From positions 463,425 through 527,424 of the forward strand of contig CAVRUZ010000002.1 in assembly GCA_963724495.1 (NCBI GenBank): a DNA stretch of 64,000 bases, read 5' to 3'. Every line of letters begins with the position of its first letter. The stretch's first letter is position 1. This stretch comes from an uncultured Actinomycetota bacterium (GTDB lineage Bacteria; Actinomycetota; Actinomycetes; Propionibacteriales; DAIQRJ01). A program made the translations under genes and the position numbers. The notes under the pieces were generated by a model. It ran no database searches. It was not told the origin of the DNA and saw only the letters and a list, made by a program, of their open reading frames with translations. This document shows positions 44,031-53,237 of this stretch, piece after piece.

Positions 44031-44650
44031 CGAACCGTTCGGCTGCCTCCGGTCAGGACGGCGTGGCGACCGGACAGCCAGCTCCACACGCGGTCGAACA
44101 CGGCAGCCTCCGAACGCCCGGTGGTGTCCAGCATCAGATCAGGGTCGGGGCAGATCGGCCCACGGCGTGACTGGCTCACGGCCAGCCCCGCAGGCCGCTG
44201 GTGCCGCGCCTGGCGGTCGATCAGGTCGCGGTCGTGCGCCGTGAGCTCGATGACGCTGGCCTCGATAGCCCCGTCGTGCGCGGCTGCCCGGAGCGCGTCG
44301 TGGAACTCGGCGTTGACGATCGGTTCGTAGCCCTGGCCGTCGACGATCACGTGGTGACCAGCCCGGACCATGCCGAGGACGCCGGCCTGCAGCGCCCGCA
44401 GCATCTCTACTGCGTCGCGGCCGTTCACGATCGCGCGGCCAGTCGGGTCGTTTTCATCAGGCACGTAACGGAATCCAACGTCTGCGTGTTCTGCGTCCGG
44501 TGTCCCGCCGGCCCACTGGGCAGGGACCATCCGGTAGAGCTCGTCGATGCCGAACCGCAGGAGGGGCACGCTGGCGCGATCCTGTATCGCCGTCACCAAG
44601 GTCGACTTGCCGACGGCTGAAGGTCCGTTCACCACGATGCAGACGGCCAC
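44027..44650 (-). CDS. P-loop kinase, chloramphenicol phosphotransferase-like family
   Basis: Walker A NGPSAVGKST at the N-terminus. GTG 44650 follows AAGGAG. The 3' end overlaps the DinB gene by 4 nt (convergent). Confidence 0.6.
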   Translation of the reverse strand: MAVCIVVNGPSAVGKSTLVTAIQDRASVPLLRFGIDELYRMVPAQWAGGTPDAEHADVGFRYVPDENDPTGRAIVNGRDAVEMLRALQAGVLGMVRAGHHVIVDGQGYEPIVNAEFHDALRAAAHDGAIEASVIELTAHDRDLIDRQARHQRPAGLAVSQSRRGPICPDPDLMLDTTGRSEAAVFDRVWSWLSGRHAVLTGGSRTVR

Positions 44651-44750
44651 TGCTGCTCCTTTCCCTGAAAAGTGGTGTCGCGATGCGATAGCGGGCCGTT
44701 GAACGGCCGCTGCGGCCAACTCGACACCACAAATCAGGGCCAGTGGCTGC

Positions 44751-45377
44751 CTACGACCCCTGTCCTGGCGTATCTGCCGACGGACCCGATCGCGCGGCCC
44801 GCCACTCGCCGGCCAGGATCCCCATCAGCACCTCGTCGTGGAACGCGCCGTCGTGGAACACGAACTGGCGGATGCGGCCCTCCTCGACGAAGCCCGCCTT
44901 GTGGTAGGCCGCGATCGCACGGTCGTTGAACGCGTACACCTGCAGGCCGATGCGGTTGAGTCCCAGTTCGGCGAAGCCGTAGTCGACCATCAGTTGGCAG
45001 GCCTGTGATCCCAGACCCTGACTCTGGAACTCGGGGCCCATGATGATGCCGAACGTGGCGGCTCGATCCTTGCCGTTGGCGCCGAAGAGAGCTACATGCC
45101 CAGCCAGCACGCGGTCGGAGCGCCGCTCGACGCAATAGCCGACGGAGCCGGGCCCGGTGTTCTCCGACCAGTTGCGGAACTGTCCCTCGGTGCTCGCTGG
45201 GAGACCTGCGCGGATCTGGTTGGTCTGGAAGACCTGGACCGCCGGGTCGTACCACCACGACTCCAGCGTCGGGAGATCCGCTTCGACCAGCCCGCGCAGG
45301 CGTACCTGGTCGCCAACGAGCAGGGACTCGGCGTACGACGTCGCGTCGCTGATCCTCTTCCAGGTCACGGGCACCAC
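44751..45377 (-). CDS. GNAT family N-acetyltransferase (RimJ/RimL-like)
   Basis: Contains FGIIMGPEFQSQGLGSQACQLMVDYGFAELGLNRIGLQVYAFNDRAIAAYHKAGFVEEG. Confidence 0.8.
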   Translation of the reverse strand: MVPVTWKRISDATSYAESLLVGDQVRLRGLVEADLPTLESWWYDPAVQVFQTNQIRAGLPASTEGQFRNWSENTGPGSVGYCVERRSDRVLAGHVALFGANGKDRAATFGIIMGPEFQSQGLGSQACQLMVDYGFAELGLNRIGLQVYAFNDRAIAAYHKAGFVEEGRIRQFVFHDGAFHDEVLMGILAGEWRAARSGPSADTPGQGS

Positions 45378-45410
45378 CTGCGTGATCGGTCGCCGAGCGG
45401 CGACGCCGGG

Positions 45411-47585
45411 TCAGGCGCGAACGATACGCACCAACCTGGCCGACGGCGCGGCCGTCAGGCGGACGTTGAGCCGGCCGTGCTCGAGGTGCCAGTCGGCCGG
45501 GAAGCCGTCACCGGTCGGATAGACCGGCTCGATGCGGCTTCCGGCGTCCACCAGGTGCCCGACGTCGAGCGTGGCCGAGTCCTCGCCTCCGCGGCGCCAG
45601 ACGGCGAGATAGCTGTGCCCGTCCGGGTGGGTGAGCGCGAGGGCGAGCCAGGGATCGTTCCACCGCGGCAGTCCGAGCGGCCAGCTCGGCAGGCAGTCCC
45701 GCAGGTCGTGGCGGATCTCCTTGTAGGCATCGGTGGCCCGGCGAAGCTCGGCTCGCTGCCGCTCGTCCATCAGATGCGGGCGCCCCGAGAGGTGGATGCG
45801 GCCCATCATCGAGTTCACCATCGTGAGCGCATTCGTCTCGTCGCTCCAGTCGGGCTGGGGGTAGGCCCAGGTGGCCGACTGCTCGGGGGCAGCCGCAGAC
45901 GGGACAGCAGCGGCGATGGCGGCGTAGCGCACCGGATCCATCTGGTCGGAGGTCGAGACCAGCGTGAAGGTTCCGAGCTGGCCGTACTCCATCCGGCAAC
46001 CACCCGAGCTGCAGTTCTCCAGGACGAGCCCGGGGTGGCGGTCGAACAGGCCGTTGATCCAGTCGAGGAAGGCACGGTTGTGGCCAAGGAGGCCGTCGCC
46101 ACGACTGACGCCGCCGGCCTCGGTTCCGTGGCCCGGGTTGATGTTGTAGTCGAACTTGAAGTAGCCGAGGTCGAAGCGGGCGATCAGGCCGTCGATGATG
46201 CGGTCCATCCGCTCGACCACAGCGGGGTGCCGGAAGTCCAGCTGGTACCGGCCGTTCTCCTCGATCCGCTTGCCGGCAACGCTGAAGTAGGCGTCGTCGG
46301 GCAGTTCGTCGAGCATGGTGGAGCGGACTCCCACCACCTCGGGCTCCACCCAGAGGCCAGGCACCATCCCGCGTGCCTTGATGTGGTCGATCACCGCGTC
46401 CAGACCGCCGTCTGGGAACCGCTGGGTCGAGGGCTCCCAGGCACCGACGGTGTCCCACCAGTTGCCGTCGTCGGCGTACCAGCCGGCGTCGATCACGAAG
46501 TACTCGGAACCTGCCTCGGCAGCCGCGTCGATGACCGGGATCAGCTTCTCGGTGGTGGGGTCTCCCATCAGGCAGTTCATGAAATCGTTGAAGATCAGGG
46601 CCATCGCCTGGTGATCAGCATGCTGACGTCGGTGCGCACGCCGGCTACGGGTCAGCTGCCCGAGCGCGACGTCCAGGGTGTCGTTCACGGCAACTGTCGT
46701 GGCGGGGACGGCCTCGAATGTCTCGCCAGGGCTGAGGATGTGGCGCCAGTCGTGTTCGGCATCCGTCGGTCCTGCGATCCTGACACCTACCTCGTGGTCG
46801 GAGTCGAACAGCTCGTATCCCCAGGCACCGTTGTGCTCGATCTGCCAGAGCAGGCACAACGGGTTCTCTCCCGACAGCGTCAAGGCTCCCATCGGCAGGA
46901 ACTCCGCCGTCGACCACGTGCCGTATGCCGCGACCAGCACCCGGGCCTTGGAACCGCTCGGACTTGCTCGATGGGCTTGTGGATCCGGCCATGCGGCGAT
47001 GTCGGCCAGGCCGGTGTCCGGCAGCGGGACAGCGTGCCAGCGCGCCTCGGCGGTCCAGGCGTTGTGGGGAACGTGGAAGACGACCTCGGGGTCGTTCAGG
47101 ACGTTGCCGGGATGGAACCTGCCGATCCCGCGCACGAGCGCGGACGAGAGGTAGGTCAAGGTGACCGGAGCGGCGCCGTCGTTCCGGGCAGAGGTGTGCC
47201 AGCGCAGGACACCGGTGCCCTGGTCGGCGGTGATGCGGACCTCGACCACCAGACCCGTGTCCGGATCGGCCTGACGCACCAGCAGACTGCCGCGTTCATC
47301 CACGTCGACGGTGTCGGGCCGCAGCCGTCGGGAGGTGGAGTGGTGCTGGTGGCGCGAGCTGGCGTGGGCTCCGGTCGTCGACTCGCCGATCTGGGCAACC
47401 TCCACGAGCAGGCCGCCGACCGGCTTGTCGGCCGCGGACGTGAGGGAGTCGACATCGGGCCGGCCCTTGGGCCGGATCGCCAGCAGGGACACGGGTTCAT
47501 CGGGAGCGACGCGGAGGTCCAGGGTCACCTGGCCGAGCGTGACCGAGCGGACGTCAGCGGAGGTGGATGCGGTGTTGTCGGCCAT
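45411..47585 (-). CDS. alpha-galactosidase (GH36 family)
   Basis: 724 aa. Central TIM-barrel block FNDFMNCLMGDPTTEKLIPVIDAAAEAGSEYFVIDAGWY...GLWVEPE...YFKFDYN. Confidence 0.75.
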   Translation of the reverse strand: MADNTASTSADVRSVTLGQVTLDLRVAPDEPVSLLAIRPKGRPDVDSLTSAADKPVGGLLVEVAQIGESTTGAHASSRHQHHSTSRRLRPDTVDVDERGSLLVRQADPDTGLVVEVRITADQGTGVLRWHTSARNDGAAPVTLTYLSSALVRGIGRFHPGNVLNDPEVVFHVPHNAWTAEARWHAVPLPDTGLADIAAWPDPQAHRASPSGSKARVLVAAYGTWSTAEFLPMGALTLSGENPLCLLWQIEHNGAWGYELFDSDHEVGVRIAGPTDAEHDWRHILSPGETFEAVPATTVAVNDTLDVALGQLTRSRRAHRRQHADHQAMALIFNDFMNCLMGDPTTEKLIPVIDAAAEAGSEYFVIDAGWYADDGNWWDTVGAWEPSTQRFPDGGLDAVIDHIKARGMVPGLWVEPEVVGVRSTMLDELPDDAYFSVAGKRIEENGRYQLDFRHPAVVERMDRIIDGLIARFDLGYFKFDYNINPGHGTEAGGVSRGDGLLGHNRAFLDWINGLFDRHPGLVLENCSSGGCRMEYGQLGTFTLVSTSDQMDPVRYAAIAAAVPSAAAPEQSATWAYPQPDWSDETNALTMVNSMMGRIHLSGRPHLMDERQRAELRRATDAYKEIRHDLRDCLPSWPLGLPRWNDPWLALALTHPDGHSYLAVWRRGGEDSATLDVGHLVDAGSRIEPVYPTGDGFPADWHLEHGRLNVRLTAAPSARLVRIVRA

Positions 47586-47700
47586 ACAGCCGACGCTAGG
47601 GCCGCAGCGGTGCTGGGTGGTGTCGATGCATCAGGGCTGACCGGTGCTGGTCGGTCGTAGGACACTCGACTGGTCGTGCCGGGGCATGACGGCGCAGCCG

Positions 47701-48822
47701 TCAGGCTCCAGGGCCGTGTCCGGCGAACGCCGCGTCGCGCCAACGCTGTCCGAAGCGTTCGGTCGTGTATGCGAGTTCGTACGACTTGCGGGCAAGGCTG
47801 CCCGCCCCGGTAACCACGTCGCGGTCCAGACTGGCCAGCACCCCGCTCAACGCAACCGCGTCGCCGGGCGGGTAGAGCCACCCGTTGACGCCGTCGTCCA
47901 CGATGCCGAGGAGACCTCCGACCGCGCTCCCGATCACCGGCCGTGCCCTGGCGAATGCCTCGATCGCCACCAGCCCAAAAGGCTCCGGCTGGTCAGAGGG
48001 GACGATCACCACGTCCGCGTCGTCGATGTAGATCGACGGGTCGGCGACCTCACCCACCACGGTGACCGAGTCGGGCCGGTCCAGAGCGGAGACCAGGGCT
48101 GGCACATCGACAGACTCGCCGCTCAGGGGTGGACCGCCGAGGACAGTGAGATGCCCCGGTGCGTCGGCGATCCCCCATGCGTCGAACAGGGTGCGATGGC
48201 CTTTCCAGCCATTCCACCGACTGGCCACGACGTACCGCAGCTCGCCGACGCGCCCCTCGAGGGACGTCACCCGTTGAGGTTCCGGCGTGGCGTTCACCAC
48301 AATGACCGTGCGCCGCCGCAGGTCCGCGGGCAGCGCGCTGGTCACCGCTTCCGAGACGGCCAGCAGCGTGTGGCATGTCCGGGCGGCGACCGCCAGCACG
48401 TGGGCTTCCGGCCCTGCCCAGATCTCCTGGAAGTGCGCGATCACCCTCGGGACGCGGGCCATTCGGGCCGCCGGTGCCCCGAGCAGTGCGGCACTGGTGG
48501 TGCAGTACACGACATCGGGACGAGCGGCGCGCAACCGCCGGACCAGCTGCGCGACCTGGCTCGCCAGGCGCACCATCCCGCGCGGGTTGCGGTAGGCCCG
48601 GCGCATGATGGGCAGCGCCACGTGTCGCGCCGCGATTCCGGACCTCTCCAAGGTGTTGCACAGTGCGAGCTCGTCCGGGGAGTGGGTGAGATCGTTCGGC
48701 AGCCAGACCTCGACATCGAAGGTTTCATCGACCGCTTGGAGCATCTCCAGCAGCATGCGGTCGGCGCCGTAGAGCTCGTCCGACGGGTGCAGGAAGATCA
48801 GCCGCTGGGACTTGGCGGTCAT
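47701..48822 (-). CDS. glycosyltransferase family 4
   Basis: 373 aa. C-terminal GT-B motif VIVPSDQPEPFGLVAIEAFARARPVIGSAVGGLLGIVDDGVNGWL. Confidence 0.85.
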   Translation of the reverse strand: MTAKSQRLIFLHPSDELYGADRMLLEMLQAVDETFDVEVWLPNDLTHSPDELALCNTLERSGIAARHVALPIMRRAYRNPRGMVRLASQVAQLVRRLRAARPDVVYCTTSAALLGAPAARMARVPRVIAHFQEIWAGPEAHVLAVAARTCHTLLAVSEAVTSALPADLRRRTVIVVNATPEPQRVTSLEGRVGELRYVVASRWNGWKGHRTLFDAWGIADAPGHLTVLGGPPLSGESVDVPALVSALDRPDSVTVVGEVADPSIYIDDADVVIVPSDQPEPFGLVAIEAFARARPVIGSAVGGLLGIVDDGVNGWLYPPGDAVALSGVLASLDRDVVTGAGSLARKSYELAYTTERFGQRWRDAAFAGHGPGA

Positions 48823-48933
48823 GACAGCGAACCGGCCTGGTGTCCCTGGTCGTTGTCGCTAGTCCGTGCGGGCCGGTCACCGGCAGGGTCTGCGTCCCGG
48901 GGCCGAAGACGTTCTGCAGCCGAGGGTTCCAAA

Positions 48934-49704
48934 CTATCGATTCTTGGCTGTGGCGCTGCCGAAGATCCTCGTTTTTGCCTTGACCAAGGTGTCGTAATGC
49001 CGCGCAACGGTTCGCTTCAAGGCATTGCCCTTGTCGGGTGACCAACCGGTCGTGCGGGCCGTCACGGACCCTTCCGGGACCAGCTCGTAGGCGTAGGTCG
49101 CGATCGACTTCCGGGTGACACCGGGCGGGAGCGACATCTTCTTGAACCCGTGGAACGTGTGGGCATCGGTGAGCATCAGCACGCCGCGGTTGAACAGCGG
49201 CTCGATACCGACGGGCTCGTCTTCCTGCCGGGCCTTGATCATCAGCCGGCCGTCGTACTCCTTCTTCCAGTCCTTGTTCAGGTACACGAGAATGTTGAGC
49301 GTACGCAGCCAGTCCGGATGCAGCGGGTGCATGTTGAAGTCGACGTGGGTGTCCAAGAAGCCGCCGTCGCCGCTCTGGTGGAACCCTCCTCCGTGGAAGG
49401 CCGGATCCACGAACAGGTCCTTGCCGGTGAGCTTGCCGATGAACTGCTTGAACTCGTCGGACAGCAGAGCGTCGTAGAAGGCTCTCGAGGTCGGACCCTG
49501 CTCGGCGACGCTCGACAGCTCCCGCTTCTCACCGAACATGTAGTCGCGGGACTTCGGCATCGCGTCGGGCGACGGGAATTCCGCCAGGAGCCCTTCTGCG
49601 ACATCCACGTCGAGGAAATCGTCGATCACCAACAGCGGAAACGGGGATGCGTTGTGAAACTCTGCTGAGAGGCTTTCACCTTGGCCGACCCACGACTTGA
49701 ACAT
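48934..49704 (-). CDS. 2OG-Fe(II) oxygenase family protein
   Basis: 256 aa from ATG 49704. HxD motif in FLDTHVDF and a distal His in AHTFHGF. Only this part of track ORF 48934..50583 looks coding. Confidence 0.6.
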   Translation of the reverse strand: MFKSWVGQGESLSAEFHNASPFPLLVIDDFLDVDVAEGLLAEFPSPDAMPKSRDYMFGEKRELSSVAEQGPTSRAFYDALLSDEFKQFIGKLTGKDLFVDPAFHGGGFHQSGDGGFLDTHVDFNMHPLHPDWLRTLNILVYLNKDWKKEYDGRLMIKARQEDEPVGIEPLFNRGVLMLTDAHTFHGFKKMSLPPGVTRKSIATYAYELVPEGSVTARTTGWSPDKGNALKRTVARHYDTLVKAKTRIFGSATAKNR

Positions 49705-49944
49705 GCGCGGAGCATAGCCGAGCAGTCTGGGCCGGTGCTGCCCTCTCGCGGGCAGCGCGGCCAGGTCCTGTCCGGCCCGTGACCGTCCCGGCCCGGGTTC
49801 CTGAGCTGCTGTCAGGCTTGATCTGCGAGCCGATCGCGAGTCCAGGCTCCTCGGTTGGCGTAGCGTCCCTTTGGGACGCGGCGTACTCCTCGGCACCGTG
49901 AAACGCAGGAGAATCAGCTTGAGATCTGTCGTTGGGGGCACGTG

Positions 49945-50721
49945 ATGTCGGAGCAGGGGGGCCCACGCGGCTTCAGGGACGCACACTCGCGGCTGCGGCA
50001 TGTCCAGAAGAGCGCCAAGGGTGGCCCGCCTTACTCCTTGTTCGTCAACAGGCCGCTCGGACGGTTGATCGCAGCCGCGGCGTATCAGGTGAACCTCACG
50101 CCCAACCAGGTCACCTATCTCAGCGCCGCGCTCACCGCAGCCGGGCTGATCGTCTTGTCGTTGGCTCCGGCCACCTGGCTGACCGGGATCCTGGTCACCT
50201 GCTGCCTGGCCCTTGGCTATGCATTCGACTCCGCCGACGGTCAGCTGGCGAGGCTTCGTGGCGGAGGCAGCTTCGCCGGGGAGTGGCTCGACCACATGAT
50301 CGATTCGGTCAAGGTCGCCGCGATTCACGTTGCGGTCCTGATCAGCCTGTACCGCAACTTCGATCTGCCGCATGGCTGGCTGCTCGTTCCACTCGGATTC
50401 ACGGTCGTGTCGAGCGTGCACTTCTTCGGAATGATCCTGGTCGACCTGATGGTGCGTATCCATCGCGCCACGGTTGGGGCCCCGGCACCGCCGCGAGCCC
50501 CGGCCGAAATGCTCAAGACCCTGCTGAAGCTGCCTACCGACTACGGGATCTTGTGCCTGACCTTCCTGTTGCTCGGGGCCCACCAGGTGTTCTTCGGGAC
50601 CTACACCGTGCTGGCAGTGGCAACCGGCGGGTACACCGTGCTGGTCGCAGGAAAGTGGCGTCGCGACGTCCTAGCCCTGGACGCGGAGCGGCGGGCGGGA
50701 CGCACGGTTCCGACGCCATAG
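49945..50721 (+). CDS. CDP-alcohol phosphatidyltransferase family protein
   Basis: Signature D-x2-DG-x2-AR...G-x3-D-x3-D in FDSADGQLARLRGGGSFAGEWLDHMID. Multi-pass membrane protein. Confidence 0.8.
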   Translation: MSEQGGPRGFRDAHSRLRHVQKSAKGGPPYSLFVNRPLGRLIAAAAYQVNLTPNQVTYLSAALTAAGLIVLSLAPATWLTGILVTCCLALGYAFDSADGQLARLRGGGSFAGEWLDHMIDSVKVAAIHVAVLISLYRNFDLPHGWLLVPLGFTVVSSVHFFGMILVDLMVRIHRATVGAPAPPRAPAEMLKTLLKLPTDYGILCLTFLLLGAHQVFFGTYTVLAVATGGYTVLVAGKWRRDVLALDAERRAGRTVPTP

Positions 50722-50769
50722 CGGGCCGCGCCCAAACACTTGGCCGAATCGCTGCGGAGAAGGCGGACG

Positions 50770-51162
50770 TCAGCGGTGGCGGTTGGCGGCGTTGAAGATG
50801 AAGTTGACGCAGACGATCCCGATCCACACGACCAGGATGCCGATCAGCGGGTTCAGGCCGCCTGCGTTCGCCGCGATGGCGGTGAGCGGAATGCCCACGC
50901 CGAGCGAGACGATCGCCAGGGCCAACTGCGGACCGGAACCCGCTTGATGTGCGGGCGGCGGAGGCGGCGTGGCCTGGACGGGCAAGCGGCGTTCGCGCAG
51001 TTCGGCCTCGACCTTGTCGGCCAGCGACTCGGCCAGGGCGTCGTGGTACTGCGGGCCGAGTTCCTGCGCAGCCTGGGCGGTGGCGCGCACATCGGCGGCC
51101 AGGTCGGACGGCAGCCCGCGCCGCGCGCCTGGCGCGCCGGATTGCGGGTGGGAACTGGACAT
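50770..51162 (-). CDS. hypothetical membrane protein
   Basis: 130 aa. Helical charged N-half, a Pro run, and two C-terminal TM helices (LALAIVSLGVGIPLTAIA, LIGILVVWIGIVCVNFIF). Confidence 0.5.
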   Translation of the reverse strand: MSSSHPQSGAPGARRGLPSDLAADVRATAQAAQELGPQYHDALAESLADKVEAELRERRLPVQATPPPPPAHQAGSGPQLALAIVSLGVGIPLTAIAANAGGLNPLIGILVVWIGIVCVNFIFNAANRHR

Positions 51163-51365
51163 GAGCGAACTGTAGGCCGAAAGGGGTCATCAGGCGCCAG
51201 GTATCGCCCTGACGCGACCCCGAGCGGCACTCGCGGCCTCCGGCACGCGGGGTGTGACGCACGGCTACATCCGACCCATTCCCTGATCCCCGAAATGGCC
51301 GCCCCAGCGGCAGCCCTTTGACAGACTCCACCGATGCGGCTGAAGCGGACGGCTAGGGCAGCAGG

Positions 51366-53237
51366 GTGATCCGGTTGTGGCGGTACGCCCTGCTGCTCGC
51401 CCCCTTCCGGGCTGCCGCGATCGGCCTGCTCGCCGTCGCCCAAGGCTTGCTCCTGATCGCTGCGCCGCTAATGCTGGGACAGGTTGTCGGGCAGCTCCCT
51501 GGTCTGTCGGAGGCCCGCCTGTCCGGTGGTCTGGTCGCCTTGTTGGTGGCGCTGTTGCTGGTTCTCCCGCTGACCAACATCCTGGGCCTGCTGGGCGGCG
51601 TGTTGATCGAGTCGATCGATGGACTGGGCGAACGGGACGTCATCGTGCGCACAGGTCAGGGACCTGCCCGCCGGCCTTCCCTTGCGACGTTGGACGACCG
51701 GCAACTGTTGTCGGACCTCGAGAACGTCCGCGGCCGGCAGTGGGAGATCCAGGCCGGACTGCAGGTGGCGTTGAACAACGTCGTCTCGATGCTGGTCGGT
51801 GTGGCGGGGTCGTGCGTCACCCTCGGCTTGATGCTGCGTTGGTGGGCTCCGCTGCCCTTGCTGGTCGGTATGGCCATTCAGGCTGTCGCGGTGAGGCAGA
51901 CGATGCACAAGCAGATGGACGCCTGGGGAGGGCAGAGCGAACAGGCCAAGCACGCCCGCTACGCCTTCAGTCTCGGCATGGGTCTGGCAGCGACCGAGGT
52001 TCGCGTGTTCGGTCTGTCGGAGTTCCTCCGTGGGCGCTACTGGAACCGCATCACCGAGGCATGGCGCCCGTACTGGCGACAACGCCGCAACGGCACGGTC
52101 CTCGACGTGACGAGCGGGAGCGTCCGTGCGCTGACGAGTCTGGTCGCGGTGTTCGTGGCCTACCGGATGTTCCAGCAGGGCACGCTCTCGTTGGGATCGT
52201 TCACGACCTCACTTGCCCTCGTGGTGACGCTCGCGGGGGCCGACACGTGGAGTTTCGCGATGCTGGAACGCGCGGGCTCCACTCTGCGGTGGCTGGAGGG
52301 ACTCAGCCCCGGTGGCCCGCTGCGCGGCCTCGACGATCCGGCCGGCATGCGGGAGAACAGACTGCAACCGGCGCGCGGTCCAGGCGACGCCGTGCCTGTA
52401 GGTGGGTCCGGTGGTCAAGGTCCGTCGGTCGTCTTCGACGACGTGACGTTCGCCTACCCCGGCGCGGACCGGCCCGTGCTCGAAGGACTCACGCTGGAGT
52501 TGCCTGCCGGCGCGGCGGTGGCGTTGGTGGGCGTGAACGGTGCCGGCAAGTCGACGCTGGTGAAGCTCCTGGCCGGTGGCTACCGCCCCGGCCGCGGCCG
52601 GGTGCTGGTCGACGGCGTGGACCTGGCGACGCTCGACGACGAGGCGCTCGCGGCCTGGCAACGTCGAGTGGCACCTATCACCCAGGACTTCGTCCGATTC
52701 CCGCTCACCGCAGGCGACAACGTGGAACTCGGCGGCGGGCGGCTGTGGTCCGGCCGGATCGAGGCGGGTGACTGGCCGCCGACCACGGCCCTCGACGCGG
52801 TCGCGGAACGGGGCGGACTGACCGATCTCGTGGACCGGTTCCCAGCAGGCTGGGCCACTCCGCTCGACAAGACGCTGCCGGGAGGACGGGACCTGTCCGG
52901 TGGTGAGTGGCAGCGGATCGCGCTGGCGCGGGCGCTGCGTGCCGTGGACCTGGGGGCCGGGGTCCTGGTGCTGGACGAACCCGCTGCTGCGCTGGACGTC
53001 CGGTCCGAGGCACGGCTGGTCGGTCACTATCTCGGGCTCGCGAGCACGGTGACGTCGTTGGTGATCTCCCACCGGTTCTCCGTTGTGCGCCCGGTCCCCT
53101 CGATCTGCGTCCTCGAATCGGGCCGCATCGTCGAGCAGGGCTCTCATGCGGAGCTGATGGCGAGGGGCAGTCGCTATTCCGCGATGTTCACCGTGCAGGC
53201 GGGGCGATATCTCGACGCAGCGGAGACCACGCCATGA
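51366..53237 (+). CDS. ABC transporter permease/ATP-binding protein (exporter half-transporter)
   Basis: 623 aa. N-terminal 6-TM domain, Walker A GVNGAGKST, signature LSGGEWQR, Walker B VLVLDEPAA. GTG start. Confidence 0.9.
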   Translation: MIRLWRYALLLAPFRAAAIGLLAVAQGLLLIAAPLMLGQVVGQLPGLSEARLSGGLVALLVALLLVLPLTNILGLLGGVLIESIDGLGERDVIVRTGQGPARRPSLATLDDRQLLSDLENVRGRQWEIQAGLQVALNNVVSMLVGVAGSCVTLGLMLRWWAPLPLLVGMAIQAVAVRQTMHKQMDAWGGQSEQAKHARYAFSLGMGLAATEVRVFGLSEFLRGRYWNRITEAWRPYWRQRRNGTVLDVTSGSVRALTSLVAVFVAYRMFQQGTLSLGSFTTSLALVVTLAGADTWSFAMLERAGSTLRWLEGLSPGGPLRGLDDPAGMRENRLQPARGPGDAVPVGGSGGQGPSVVFDDVTFAYPGADRPVLEGLTLELPAGAAVALVGVNGAGKSTLVKLLAGGYRPGRGRVLVDGVDLATLDDEALAAWQRRVAPITQDFVRFPLTAGDNVELGGGRLWSGRIEAGDWPPTTALDAVAERGGLTDLVDRFPAGWATPLDKTLPGGRDLSGGEWQRIALARALRAVDLGAGVLVLDEPAAALDVRSEARLVGHYLGLASTVTSLVISHRFSVVRPVPSICVLESGRIVEQGSHAELMARGSRYSAMFTVQAGRYLDAAETTP

